DNA from: Amphiscolops sp. MND2022
Taxonomy: Eukaryota
Direction of reading: 5' to 3'
DNA: 64,000 bases
Assembly (NCBI GenBank): GCA_964187785.1
Contig: OZ076416.1
Coordinates: forward strand, 930,001 to 994,000
Both the position numbers and the translations under genes were made by a program. Below are positions 35,362 to 46,354 of this stretch, piece by piece (the stretch's first letter is position 1; each line of letters opens with the position of its first letter). The notes under the pieces were generated by a model. The model was not told the DNA's origin, made no database searches, and was given only the letters and a program-made list of their open reading frames with translations.

Positions 35362-38300
35362 TCATTGTGTGCATTCAACGTTTGCATTGTGGATGCCATT
35401 GTCCTTAATTGGTAGACGTCTCAGTTTGCTGACAGGTCTTGTGAATTCACCGCGCGATGTTTTCACCAATGCCACGCGAGCTAGGCCATCATGACCAAGC
35501 TTCAATTTCATCACTCGACCAATTCTCCACTGCAGTGGTGGAATGCCATCGTCTGTAATCAGCACTACGTCATCAATTGAAAGGTTTGCACGCTCTTGTC
35601 GCCATTTGCCTCGCAGCTGAAGTGATGCTACATACTCAGAAGCCCATCGCTTCCAGAATTGAGAGAGTAGCTGTTGAAGAGCGCGAAATCGATTTGCTGG
35701 ATGCCCGCGGGCATCCATCGTCTGCAAACAGGGCTGTGGGATAGCATCCAATCCGCCGCCATTGACTAGGGAGTCAGTGCGAAGATGTCATCCGGGTTAT
35801 TTGTGAGAGCGATCAAGGGACGATTGTTCAAGACTTGTTCTATTTGGCATAGAATGGTTGTCATCTCCTTGTAAGTGAGAATGGAATTGCCCATGACTCT
35901 ACTCAAGTGGTGCTTCATCGACTTCACCGCTGCTTCCCATAGTCCGTCGAAGTTGGGCGAGCGAGGAGGAATGAAGAGCCATTCAATGCTGCTGTATGAT
36001 TGTGCCCCTGGCCGAACCACTTTTTCCAATTCGTTGAGGTCACGCCTTGCACCCACGAAGTTGGTAGCGTTGTTGGACACGATTTGACTGGGGATGCCTC
36101 GTCTTGCAATGAATCGTCTTAGGGCTGCAACCATCGCATCTGACGTCAATGATGATACTGCCTCTAGATGAACTGCCTTTGAAGCAAAACATTTGCCTTT
36201 GAAGCATAAACTGCCTTTGAAGCATAAACACAGCTACGTAACCCTTGACACATTCAGTTCCGTTTTTAAATGTTAAAGATCCTGCGAAGTCGAGGCCCAC
36301 ACAAGAGAAAGCACGTTCGGGAACCTCAATGCGACTCGAAGGCAAGTCAGCCATAAACTGCTGCGTTGGACCTGAGTTGAATCGGAAGCACGTAACACAC
36401 TTCTTCATGCAAGCAGACGCCTTCTTCATAGCCTGAGTGACCCAGATTTGACGTCTTATTTCTGCCACTGTTGCTGTGGGACCACCATGAAGGGTTCGTT
36501 TGTGGGCATCGTTGATTGCAAGTGTAGCCAGTTTGCTTCGGTGTGACACCAGTAAAGGAAACCGCTGATTGTCAGTCATTCAGTACCCGTGGGCCAGTAT
36601 GCCGCCGACTCTGATGATGCCGTTGTCCATGAATGGGTAAAAGGGTGCTATTGAGCTCTTCGGGTTGATCGACTCAGCATTTGAGAGGGCTTTGAACTCG
36701 GCTTCAAAGTGTACCATCTGATCTGCTTTGACCACCGCATACAAGGCGAGAGCCATTTCCTCCCGGCCAAAGATCGTCTTGAGATCTTTCTTGAATGCTA
36801 CTTTGCAAATGCACAAGGTTCTCAATAATTTGACTAGTGAATTGAAATTCTCTAAGTCTACTAACGAATTACTGGGCGATGTTAACACTGTCAAGGTTTT
36901 GATTTCTTGGCGGGCTTCCTCCTTTGTGAGGAGAGTCTGAGGTTGTTCAGGAAATGATGATCCCAACCACGATGGCCCTTGAAACCAGAACGTCTGCTGA
37001 GCCACCAATTGCGTTGCTAGCTGTCCGCATGAGCACAGATCTGATTGGTTTTCCTCTGAGGGTACGTGAATGAATTCAGGTGTTGGGAGCATTGACTGAC
37101 TTTGGGACACACGATTTGACACAAATGTGTGCCATCGAGCTGGGTCTGCCTTGATCCATGAGAGGGCGATTATTGAGTCTGAGTACAGCACAGAGGTGTT
37201 CAATGCGTGCTTTGATTTTGATAGTGCCCCTTGACTGCTGTTGCAAGTTTGGCACCCGTGTGAACTGCCAAGAGCTCGAGTCGAGGGAGATTTGAGGGAT
37301 TGATCGGAGCCACCTTGCATTTGGAGGAGATGAGGGTTGAGGAGACGATATCATCTTTGGCTGACACCAGATAAACACAGGCACCGTATGCTTTTTCTTA
37401 GGCATCACAGAAGACCTGTAAGGATGCTTCGTCATACAATTGGGTTGGCAGCACCTTCTCTCGGGTATCTTGAGTTGTGATAGTGCGCTCATGTCATTTT
37501 TCCAGCTTGTGTATGCCCGTGACACATCATCTGGGACTGCGTCATTCCACTCATGATCCAGCTTCCAGCAGGACTGAATGATGACCTTGGCTACTACGAG
37601 AACTGGGGTTATGAGGCCAATTGGATCTAAATGCTTTGAAGCATCACTGAGTAAAGTTCGTTTTGTAATGATTGAAATATACTCACTACTACTTGCGTAC
37701 ACAAAGTGATCCTCTAGAGGATGCCACGTCAGTCCCAGTGTTTTGATTTGATGGGTTTTATCGTTGATTTCGTAAGCCTTGTCACCTTCTTGAAGGTCAT
37801 TCGAAAGGCGAGTGACGAGTTGGGGTTCATTGCTGCTCCATTTGCGTAGTGGGAGACAGTTCTTGTTGAGGGTTTCAATCAGATTGTCTTGAAGCACGCA
37901 TGCTTTCTCCAGTGTATCAGTCCCACTCAGTAAATCATCAACCCAGTTGTCGTTGAGAATCACATTTACTCTGTTCGGATTGGGTCCATGATTTTTGCCA
38001 CTCTCTTGAAGTTGAATGGTAGGAGGAGCTGGCAACACCGTACGTCACACGGGTCATACGCAGTTCTCGGATATCATCTGTCACATAGTCACGCCACAGA
38101 AGTCGATGGAAGTCACGGCCTGATTTGTCTAAAGCCACTTGTCGGTACATCTTTGCTACATCTGCCGACAATGCATATTGGTGTAGGCGAAAGCGAATGA
38201 GAATATCAAACAGATCTTCCTGCAAGCGGGGTCCAAGCAATAGGCAATCGTTCAGCGAGTTGCCATTCGGCAATTTGCTGCTAGCATCGAACACGACACG

Positions 38301-41300
38301 GAGCTTGGTCGTTGTGCTATCCTTGAAAACACAGCGATGGGGTAAGTAGTAACACAAATCCGAAGTCTGAGAAGCTTCTTCCTAGTGACCCATGTCTACA
38401 AACTCTTTGATGAAGTCACGGTACTGCTGCTTCACATCACCGTGAGCCTTGACTTTTCGTTCCAAAGCGAACAATCTCTGCCTTGCTGTGTGAAAATTGT
38501 TTGAGGGACGTGCCTCAGACTTGAAAGGGAGACGAATTGTGATGCGGCCGTCATCTGCCACCTAAGTCGTGGTATCGTAATGTTCCTCACAGTGACGATT
38601 TTCGTTAGACATCGGCTTCACTCGAGGAATCTCTTCAACTTCCCAGAAGCGAGCAAGGTCCAGTTCCACTGCAACTTGAAAGGATTGACATTGGTAGGCA
38701 CGCACTTGGGACAACACTCCAGTGACCACCCAGCCAAAGATAGACTTGCGATAGTGAAGCCCATTATCCTTCTTCCTCTCGTCCAGAAAGAGATCCTCGT
38801 ACACATCCGCGCCCAACAGCAATTGAACGGGGCCAGGTTGATGGACGTTTCTGTCTGTTAGTGCTACACTTTTCATTGACTTTTTTTGTTTTAAGTTAAT
38901 AGATTGAGAAGGTATAATACCTGCGATTGAGTTCTGTAACTCAGTGCTGTAATAGGCAATTTTTGTGGACCCACTAGAAGACTGACAGACTCCTTGGCTG
39001 CTTGTTGCCGTCCACCAATCCCAGAGATCTTCACGTCTACTGTTGAACGTGCAAGATTGAGCTTTGATGCAGCGTCTGCTGTGATGAAGGATGTTTGAGA
39101 CCCAGAGTCCAGCAAGGCTCGGAACATCAATGTCTTTCCAGTTGTGTCGTCTATGCCAACCATTGCTGTTGAGAGAAGCACAGATGGACCACTGAACGTT
39201 GCACAACTTGTCACACCACTTTGCTGCTCGACTGCACGATCAAAGTGTAGCGATGTGCGATGCCTCCCGTTGCAAGTGCGGCAGCTGAACTTGGATGGAC
39301 AGTCAGCCACAAAATGCCGCCGCAGACAATTCATGCACAGTTTGAGCTTCCTCACCACTGCCTGCTTCTCACGCGTGCCCAACTGCTTGTAGCGATCACA
39401 CTGAGAGATTGAGTGTGACCCACTGCATTCTTCCATCTGACAACTCGCTGAGTGCTCAACAGTTGAGGAGTAAGCTTCTTGATGCACCTTCTCGGGTGTT
39501 GTCTTGGGGGTAGAAACCTCAGGCTGATCACCACTGGATTCCAATGCACGACATCGTCTGCCCATGAATGTGGTTAACTCCTTGAATGTTAACACATCTG
39601 TGCCGGGATTAGCTAGTTCAAATTGCTTCCTCGACTCGGCATCCAGTTTTTCCAACGGCCAGTACGCCAATATTGCATCCCAATGATTGACAGGCAACAT
39701 CAATGCTTCTAGTGCTTGCACATGTTCGTTCGTCGACTCCAATAGCTTGCGCAGCTCAACACTCGACTCGTTCTTGACGGCTGGTAGGGCATGGATTGCC
39801 GCTAAGTGCGCCTTCACGATTGAACGCTTGTTGTTGTAGCGCTCCTTCAGCTTTCGTTTCGCGATGTCGTAATTTGCATCAGTGACCAACAGGGATGAAA
39901 CCATCTGAGCTGCATCACCCTTCATTGACAACTTGAGGTAGGATAGCTTCTCAACGTTGGTCATGTCACGTTTGCTGTCAACCAGAGTTGTGAATTGGTC
40001 CCAGAAAGAGACCCATTGTGTGTATTCACCGCTGAATGAAGGAAGGGTCAGATTGGGGAGCTTGGTCGTCAGACTGCCACTTGATGGAGCCGCCGCGCCG
40101 CTTATGCTTGGAGGCTGCATCTCCTTTATCTTGCCCTGCGATTGAATTCTGTAACTCAGTGCTGTAATAGGCAATTTTTGTGGACGCACTAGAAGACTGA
40201 CAGACTCCTTGGCTGCTTGTTGCCGTCCACCAATCCCAGAGATCTTCACGTCTACTGTTGAACGTGCAAGATTGAGCTTTGATGCAGCGTCTGCTGTGAT
40301 GAAGGATGTTTGAGACCCAGAGTCCAGCAAGGCTCGGAACATCAATGTCTTTCCAGTTGTGTCGTCTATGCCAACCATTGCTGTTGAGAGAAGCACAGAT
40401 GGACCACTGAACGTTGCACCACTTGTCACACCACTTTGCTGCTCGACTGCACGATCAAAGTGTAGCGATGTGCGATGCCTCCCGTTGCAAGTGCGGCAGC
40501 TGAACTTGGATGGACAGTCAGCCACAAAATGCCGCCCCAGACAATTCATGCACAGTTTGAGCTTCCTCACCACTGCCTTCTTCTCACGCGTGCCCAACTG
40601 CTTGTAGCGATCACACTGAGAAATTGAGTGTGACCCACTGCATTCTTCAATCTGACAACTCGCTGAGTGCTCAACAGTTGAGGAGTAAGCTTCTTGATGC
40701 ACCTTCTCGGGTGTTGTCTTGGGGGTAGAAACCTCAGGCTGATCACCACTGGATTCCAATGCACGACATCGTCTGTCCATGAATGTGGTTAACTCCTTGA
40801 ATGTTAACACATCTGCGCCGGGATTAGCTAGTTCAAATTGCTTCCTCGACTCGGCATCGAGTTTTTCCAACGGCCAAAACGCCAATATTGCATCTCAATG
40901 ATTGACAGGCAACATCAATGCTTCTAGTGCTTGCACATGTTCGTTCGTCGACTCCAATAGCTTGCGCAGCTCAACACTCGACTCGTTCTTGACGGCTGGT
41001 AGGGCATGGATTGCCGCTAAGTGCGCCTTCACGATTGAACGCTTGTTGTTGTAGCGCTCCTTCAGCTTTCGTTTCGCGATGTCGTAATTTGCATCAGTGA
41101 CCAACAGGGATGAAACTATCTGAGCTGCATCAGCCTTCATTGACAACTTGAGGTAGGATAGCTTCTCAACGTTGGTCATGTCACGTTTGCTGTCAACCAG
41201 AGTTTTGAATTGGTCCCAGAAAGAGACCCATTGTGTGTATTCACCGCTGAATGAAGGAAGGGTCAGATTGGGGAGCTTGGTCGTCAGACTGCCACTTGAT

Positions 41301-41659
41301 GGAGCCGCCGCGCCGCTTATGCTTGGAGGCTGCATCTCCTTTATCTTGCCTTGACACCACTTCACAGCCCTTTCGGCTGCCATGAACACGTCAACCGCTT
41401 CCTCCACATCGGCTACTAGTTCATCGTCGTCATCAATGAGTTGTTGGATCTGCGAATCCAACTCTGTCAGCATCTTGCGACGATCAATCAGGAACTCCAA
41501 AGTGGCTTGAACATCCTCGAGCGGTCCACCAGCTTGTCGGATTGCTGCTGCCCGTCTTGTGAAGACGCCGCGATGAGCCCCTCTTAATCTTTTGAGCTGA
41601 GGCAACTTCATCTCACCACCAGAGCCGTCTGAACCTCCTGATCCATCTGCTGTTGACAT
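35362..41659 (-). pseudogene. BEL/Pao Gag-Pol polyprotein (disrupted)
   Basis: KLPNLTLPSFSGEY (DUF1759-like). C/H clusters CSGSHSISQC and CMNCLGRHFVADC. ALLDSGSQ. YYLPHR, KLRVVFDAS, ADVAKMYRQ, RVTYG, WVDDL. RNase H YSDS..AL.WI. INT AHKRTLHGG..CVTC, GLDFAG, SNNATNF, LWEAAVKS. C-terminal FWKRWASEY (DUF5641-like). Confidence 0.95.
38921..41350 (-). repeat. 1215-bp in-frame tandem duplication of BEL gag and protease
   Basis: Units 40136-41350 and 38921-40135. The junction reads SYRIQSQ|GKIKEMQ. 1215 nt = 405 codons. Confidence 0.95.
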
Positions 41660-41675
41660 CACGTTGAGGTCACCA
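41658..41675 (-). promoter_or_regulatory. PBS of the BEL element, tRNA-Trp type
   Basis: TGGTGACCTCAACGTGAT vs the canonical Trp PBS TGGTGACCCCGACGTGAT, 1 nt from the LTR. The gag ATG (41659) overlaps its end. Confidence 0.85.
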
Positions 41676-41676
41676 A

Positions 41677-42220
41677 TGTTTTGGGGTAGCTCTCGAGCTA
41701 TAACGGGGGAACTCAAGAAAGAGTTCAAACTAAGAAAATTGAAGGAACTCAAAGATAAAGTTCAAACTATTGTGATTTGGGTCTTGACTCAAGACAAGAG
41801 ATCTATGTTTGAGAATGTTCATTGACGGTATGAATGATAAATGAAAGAAGAGGAGTGAAGATTTGAAGACTGGTTGTTGACCAGTTGTTAGTAAACATAA
41901 ATGACATTTACAGCCCGAGGGCAACAAAAACGTTTTAGCAGGTTGTTTATATACGTTCACACTATTGAGCATTTGAGCGGTGAATAAGTGATCATCAATC
42001 GATAAATTTCATAAATGAGAAAAGAGCAATATTATTAATGTCAAATGTCAAGTAAAGTGATTGATCAAGTATTAAAGGTCAAAAAATGAACAAACAAAGA
42101 AACAAAAAGGAGCACTGTCGCAGATTCGAACTTGCGCAGACCGATTCGAAGGCAAAGACTGATCCACTGTGCTAAGTGGACTGACAATTACTGCGATCAT
42201 TGTGATGTCATGCGCCAACA
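41677..42220 (-). repeat. 5' LTR of the BEL element (544 bp)
   Basis: Followed on the minus strand by the PBS and gag. Confidence 0.95.
42104..42182 (-). ncRNA. tRNA-like Pol III unit 3 inside the BEL LTR (second copy about 34693-34770)
   Basis: A box TAGCACAGTGG (42174-42164), B box GTTCGAATC (42131-42123), T5 run 42108-42104. Confidence 0.55.
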
Positions 42221-42225
42221 CATGC

Positions 42226-44835
42226 CTTTATCGCGATTGCCCGAAATGGCAGAAGTAGCTATAGCCTTGTTCTCCCCCCAAGGTCCCCAGAGGGAACCTC
42301 CACCCAGGCGAACTATTTTTGCCAATTTGATGGACCACATGGCCTGTGAAGGTCTATTAGAGAACCTGCCTCACTTGCTGCGCAAGATGTCAACGTAGCA
42401 GCTAGAAACGAGGTGATTGAAGTATTACACCGAGTGGCGACTGCGATGGAACGTACAGCAGAATTGCTCCGCACACGCCTGGAAGTGCCGGCATTGTTTG
42501 TCTCTCCCCCTGGAATGTTATATTGGGGAGGGATTGTTCCAACAGTTCGTCTATATGTTGACGGAAATTTGCAGTGCTCGCAATGTTGAATTCTATTTGT
42601 GCGGGCCTAACTTGCGCGTCGGGAAAGCCGACTTACGCCCTGCTGCAGTCTCACTACATGCATACTTGGCAGCAATATCACGCCTGTTGCAACCTGTGGA
42701 ACGTGGTGGCAATGCCCAACTAACGTGGGATGATGCGATATACTTCGACCATGAAATGCGTCTAGGCACGCTAACCTTCGATGATACAGGGAAGCGAACT
42801 AGCTCAGAAGCAACCCTAGCAGAACGCGAGAATATGCGCAGATACAACTGGCTAGTACGCGAAGCACATCCCAACACTATCAAGGCAGACCTTGCAGCAG
42901 TCTGGGATCAGCTGAACAGATGGCCACTTAACCGTGAGGTCGAACGGACCATTTCCCAAATTCAATTCGCCGACAATACCGAAATCATCAAAATGCCATT
43001 GGGCATAAGGCACATCGTGGCCCATGAAGCCGTGACCCTCAGCAATTTGGTTCAAGCCAAGGAGGACACTTACGGAGATTGGTATAATGATCGCCTAGCC
43101 ACGGTCACCCTGGAAATGGCCGCACAGACCTTGTCTGTTTCTTTCCAGGCATAGCTGACTAGTTTTGAATTGGGTTGGCACATGGACGTCATTGCAGACG
43201 AGTTCAACCTGACCGACGGACAACTGCAAAAACTTACTGAGGTACTCAAGAAACCTCAGTGAACGAGGTGTTAGCCCTTGCGCTAGCCCTTGGGCCCACA
43301 AAGTTTGTGGCTGGTCGGTTAGCCATCGTTGTAGATTTGGTCACATCTGCGGGAGTGTTACAATTTTACACATACCTATTTTTGGCTCAATGAAAGCTAG
43401 CCAGCTTGCTCGGGTGTGGAGAAATTCCCTTCACACAAAACGGGCACAACTACACCGAGCACTTGTTCCGAATGAGAGCTTCCATACAACACTGGCTCTA
43501 TTCAACACTGATTTATGCATCAGGCTTATTTGTAGGAGTGGACCAAGCTCAATCCCTACACGATCCAGACATGCAGCTGCCTCGTGAAAATCCGGGCTTC
43601 CCAATGCCGCAACAACTGGCTGACCTGGCGCTAGACGAGGTGGAAGACATAGTTCCAGTGATAGCTCCTGTCTTAATTCCAATCTTTGGAGCTCTTGGAC
43701 AACTACGCTATCCAACCAAGCCTCTATCCCTAGCAGTGCATGTTGCAACGGAGTCCATCTTCACATACCTTCAAGTGAGCCCACCTATGAACTATGCCCA
43801 AATGATACGAGAAACATACAGTGGCGAAATGCCCCAAGCATAAACCACTGTCAAGACCGAGCAACAAGCAGAGGAAAACATGATGGGTGTTGACCGTGCC
43901 CGCTCGCGCAAAGCCGCTGTTCTACCAAGGGAATACGGTCCTATCAATTGGTACAACGCTCCTGTTGACCTGAATGGACAGTCATTCCGGTTTCCCTGGT
44001 CGTCAGATTCCATCAAGAAAGTGGTAAATTCCTGTTTACAGCTCAACCCGCATGTCCGTTTGGACTACAAGTTTAAATTCATCCAGGTGCAAAACCACTA
44101 CTGGAAAGACCCAGTGGGCTATCCTCACGCGCGCCCAATTGGACGCGGGAAAGAACTGCTGGACAGAACAACCAATTACGGCACTTAGACGTAGCCGATA
44201 TACCTAAATGGATTCACTTGGCGGCACTAGTGCGTGATCGCAACCTGTCACGTCGAATGGCCCCCTTACATTACGAGCCTGCTTGGCGCCCACAAGGACG
44301 CATGACCATGTCTGGGGATATGCCGTTGTCAATATTCGACATAGTGGACCAAGTGTTAGGCGCGGAAATGCGCGCTGAATGGGATGAGGAATGCCTCAAC
44401 CTGGAAGTCAGCAATTTTGACATATGGAAACAAGCTTGCGCACTTTGGAAGCAAGCTGGCCGGGTATCAAAGCGTGTCGCCCTAGCAGCCAACCATCGTG
44501 CTGAAGAAGAGTGCGTCGCTCGATATGCCCCACAACCGTCACAGCCTCCTACTATGGCGATGTCATTAGAACAACCATTGACGGCAGAAGCCAATCCAAA
44601 TGAAGCAGAGGTTGCAGAAGATGAAACAGCTATGCCTGTAACCCCTAGCCCTTCTGGAGAACATGCCGCAGAGCTGACTCCTAATGTAGAGCTGGTAGAG
44701 CCCATCGGTGATCTCACCATTGATACCGATGTCGAAACTGTTGTGCCTTCACCAGTCCGACGAGCGTCAGTGAGCGATGCCTCACCTCCAAGAGAAGTCT
44801 CTCCTCGAAGCAGGAACAAATCTGCTATTCAATGA
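42226..44835 (+). pseudogene. Extra ORF (ORF2) of element B, 3' part
   Basis: Removing the BEL insert rejoins VLVVTM|PLSRLPEMAEV, matching VMAMTMPLTRIPEMAEM in element C. Continues through track ORFs 42417, 43406, 43880 and 44218 with isolated stops and frameshifts. Confidence 0.85.
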
Positions 44836-45609
44836 ACTGTCAACGCTTTAATGAACCTGAAACTTCACCAATCAATCGAAGGAAGCTAGGCCTTCCGCAT
44901 TGAAAACTCTAAAGAAACTTCACAGCCTTACTACGGTGCTGCATTCACTTGGTGCAATTTTAGTTAACTGTTGTTAGTTAGATATTTTGAATTAAACTTA
45001 TGCTTCGGGTGTATGATCATAGAGTGTGCCTGCCAATTGTGCCAGCATTACGTTAACAAAGCTCTTGAAAAAAATGATCAAGTTAACAATGTCTTCGTTC
45101 AAAAAACGCCTTTGGCGTTGTCCAACGAGAAAATCCAGGTGCGAAAGCACCGCCAAGCCGAAAAAGATTTTTTAACTCTAATCGTTACCCTATAGCTGAG
45201 TCTTGTAAACTCTATCGACTGTCTGTTTGTAGAATGGAACTTATACGCTCCTAAAAAAGATTTTAAACGAAAACTGCAGAGAAAACGGATCTCTACAAAA
45301 AAAATAAGACAAAAGACATTTTAGCAGGCACTTGAGGCAAAAGACATTTTAGTCCTCACTAGTGCTGAAAATGGCTTAAGCCACCTTAGAAGCTCAAGCT
45401 CTCGAGCTTGTGCTACAAACGTCTTGCTTTTTTTGTAAAAAATAATAGGTCTTGTAGTAAAATTGCAATAAGATCCAAAAAGGCGATGTCTTCAAAGTGG
45501 CTGTTCTATGCAACGGCACATCAACTTCAAGATGTAACCACAGCATAGCCAGTGTCCTGTCTTCAGACGAGAACTCCGATGCTTGCCAGGGACGACAAGA
45601 CAGGAGCCC

Positions 45610-45619
45610 AGGGAGTGGA
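45610..45619 (+). promoter_or_regulatory. Polypurine tract of element B
   Basis: AGGGAGTGGA abuts the 3' LTR. Confidence 0.75.
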
Positions 45620-46354
45620 TGTAACGGCACCCTATGACCGACAAAATTTTCGAAGTTTGACGATTTTCTGAAAGTTTCGTTCAAAAGTGACGTGGACCAC
45701 AAACATGAGTTCACGAGGTACCAGTCTCGCAAAAATCATAAAGAGCGTGGACAGGTAAAGCCCGCGAGGCGGAAAAAGCGACACGGACGGTAAAAGAAGC
45801 GTGTAAAACGTCACAGAATCGAGAAATCGTAAGCCCATGCGCTAATTGCCACGGTGTACATCGTAGACCAGACGGAACCAGCATGTCCGAGTGATTGCAG
45901 CGCCCGGACCCAGGGTTGTGTCAAACCCGAGAACCAGTGCCATGCCACCCTGAGTGATTTTAGATTCGTCAAACTGGATTTTCATGCCTTTTTAATGTGT
46001 TCATTGATTTGTTTGATGAATTTTTTACTCGAGAGCTACCTTTGTTAATGTTGATGTCATTTACGATGGATTTCCATCTGGACCATTTAATTCAGGTCTA
46101 TGCATCTTAACCCTATTTTTACAGGCTATTTACACAGTGGATACAAGGAAAAAGCGTAATTCATGTGACTAGTAGCAGTTACAGACCGGAATCGGTCAGA
46201 AAGCATCCTTACAGACGGTTCTCCCCTCTCGAGACCGGCATTCCCTAGGAGGACAAAATGAACTGGGATCATGGCGATTAGTCCCGGATCATTACCCATG
46301 GATTCAGTTCCTCCACCCTGCGTAGCCAACAAACGCTAAGCGTTTTTCGTTACA
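45620..46354 (+). repeat. 3' LTR of element B (735 bp)
   Basis: Direct repeat of 20158-20885, preceded by AGGGAGTGGA. Confidence 0.95.

Larger units (their letters stand above)
34263..42220 (-). mobile_element. BEL/Pao LTR retrotransposon nested in element B
   Basis: LTRs 34263-34808 and 41677-42220 with TG/CA ends. TSD CATGC at 34258-34262 and 42221-42225. BEL-type Gag-Pol. Confidence 0.97.
20158..46354 (+). mobile_element. Full-length Ty3/Gypsy LTR retrotransposon B (about 18.2 kb without the nested BEL element)
   Basis: LTRs 20158-20885 and 45620-46354 (TGTAACGGCAC...TTACA), PBS, PPT, gag-PR-RT-RH-INT and an extra ORF. CACTA lies left of the element and overlaps the terminal CA on the right. 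Confidence 0.95.

Noticed and set aside
41660-41752. Track start of the BEL gag ORF at 41752
   Set aside because: It lies in the LTR upstream of the PBS. ATG 41659 (MSTADG) is the more likely start.
32549-44835. Calling ORF2 a classical env
   Set aside because: No N-terminal signal peptide, furin site, fusion peptide or C-terminal anchor is visible; only its position and predicted splicing are env-like.
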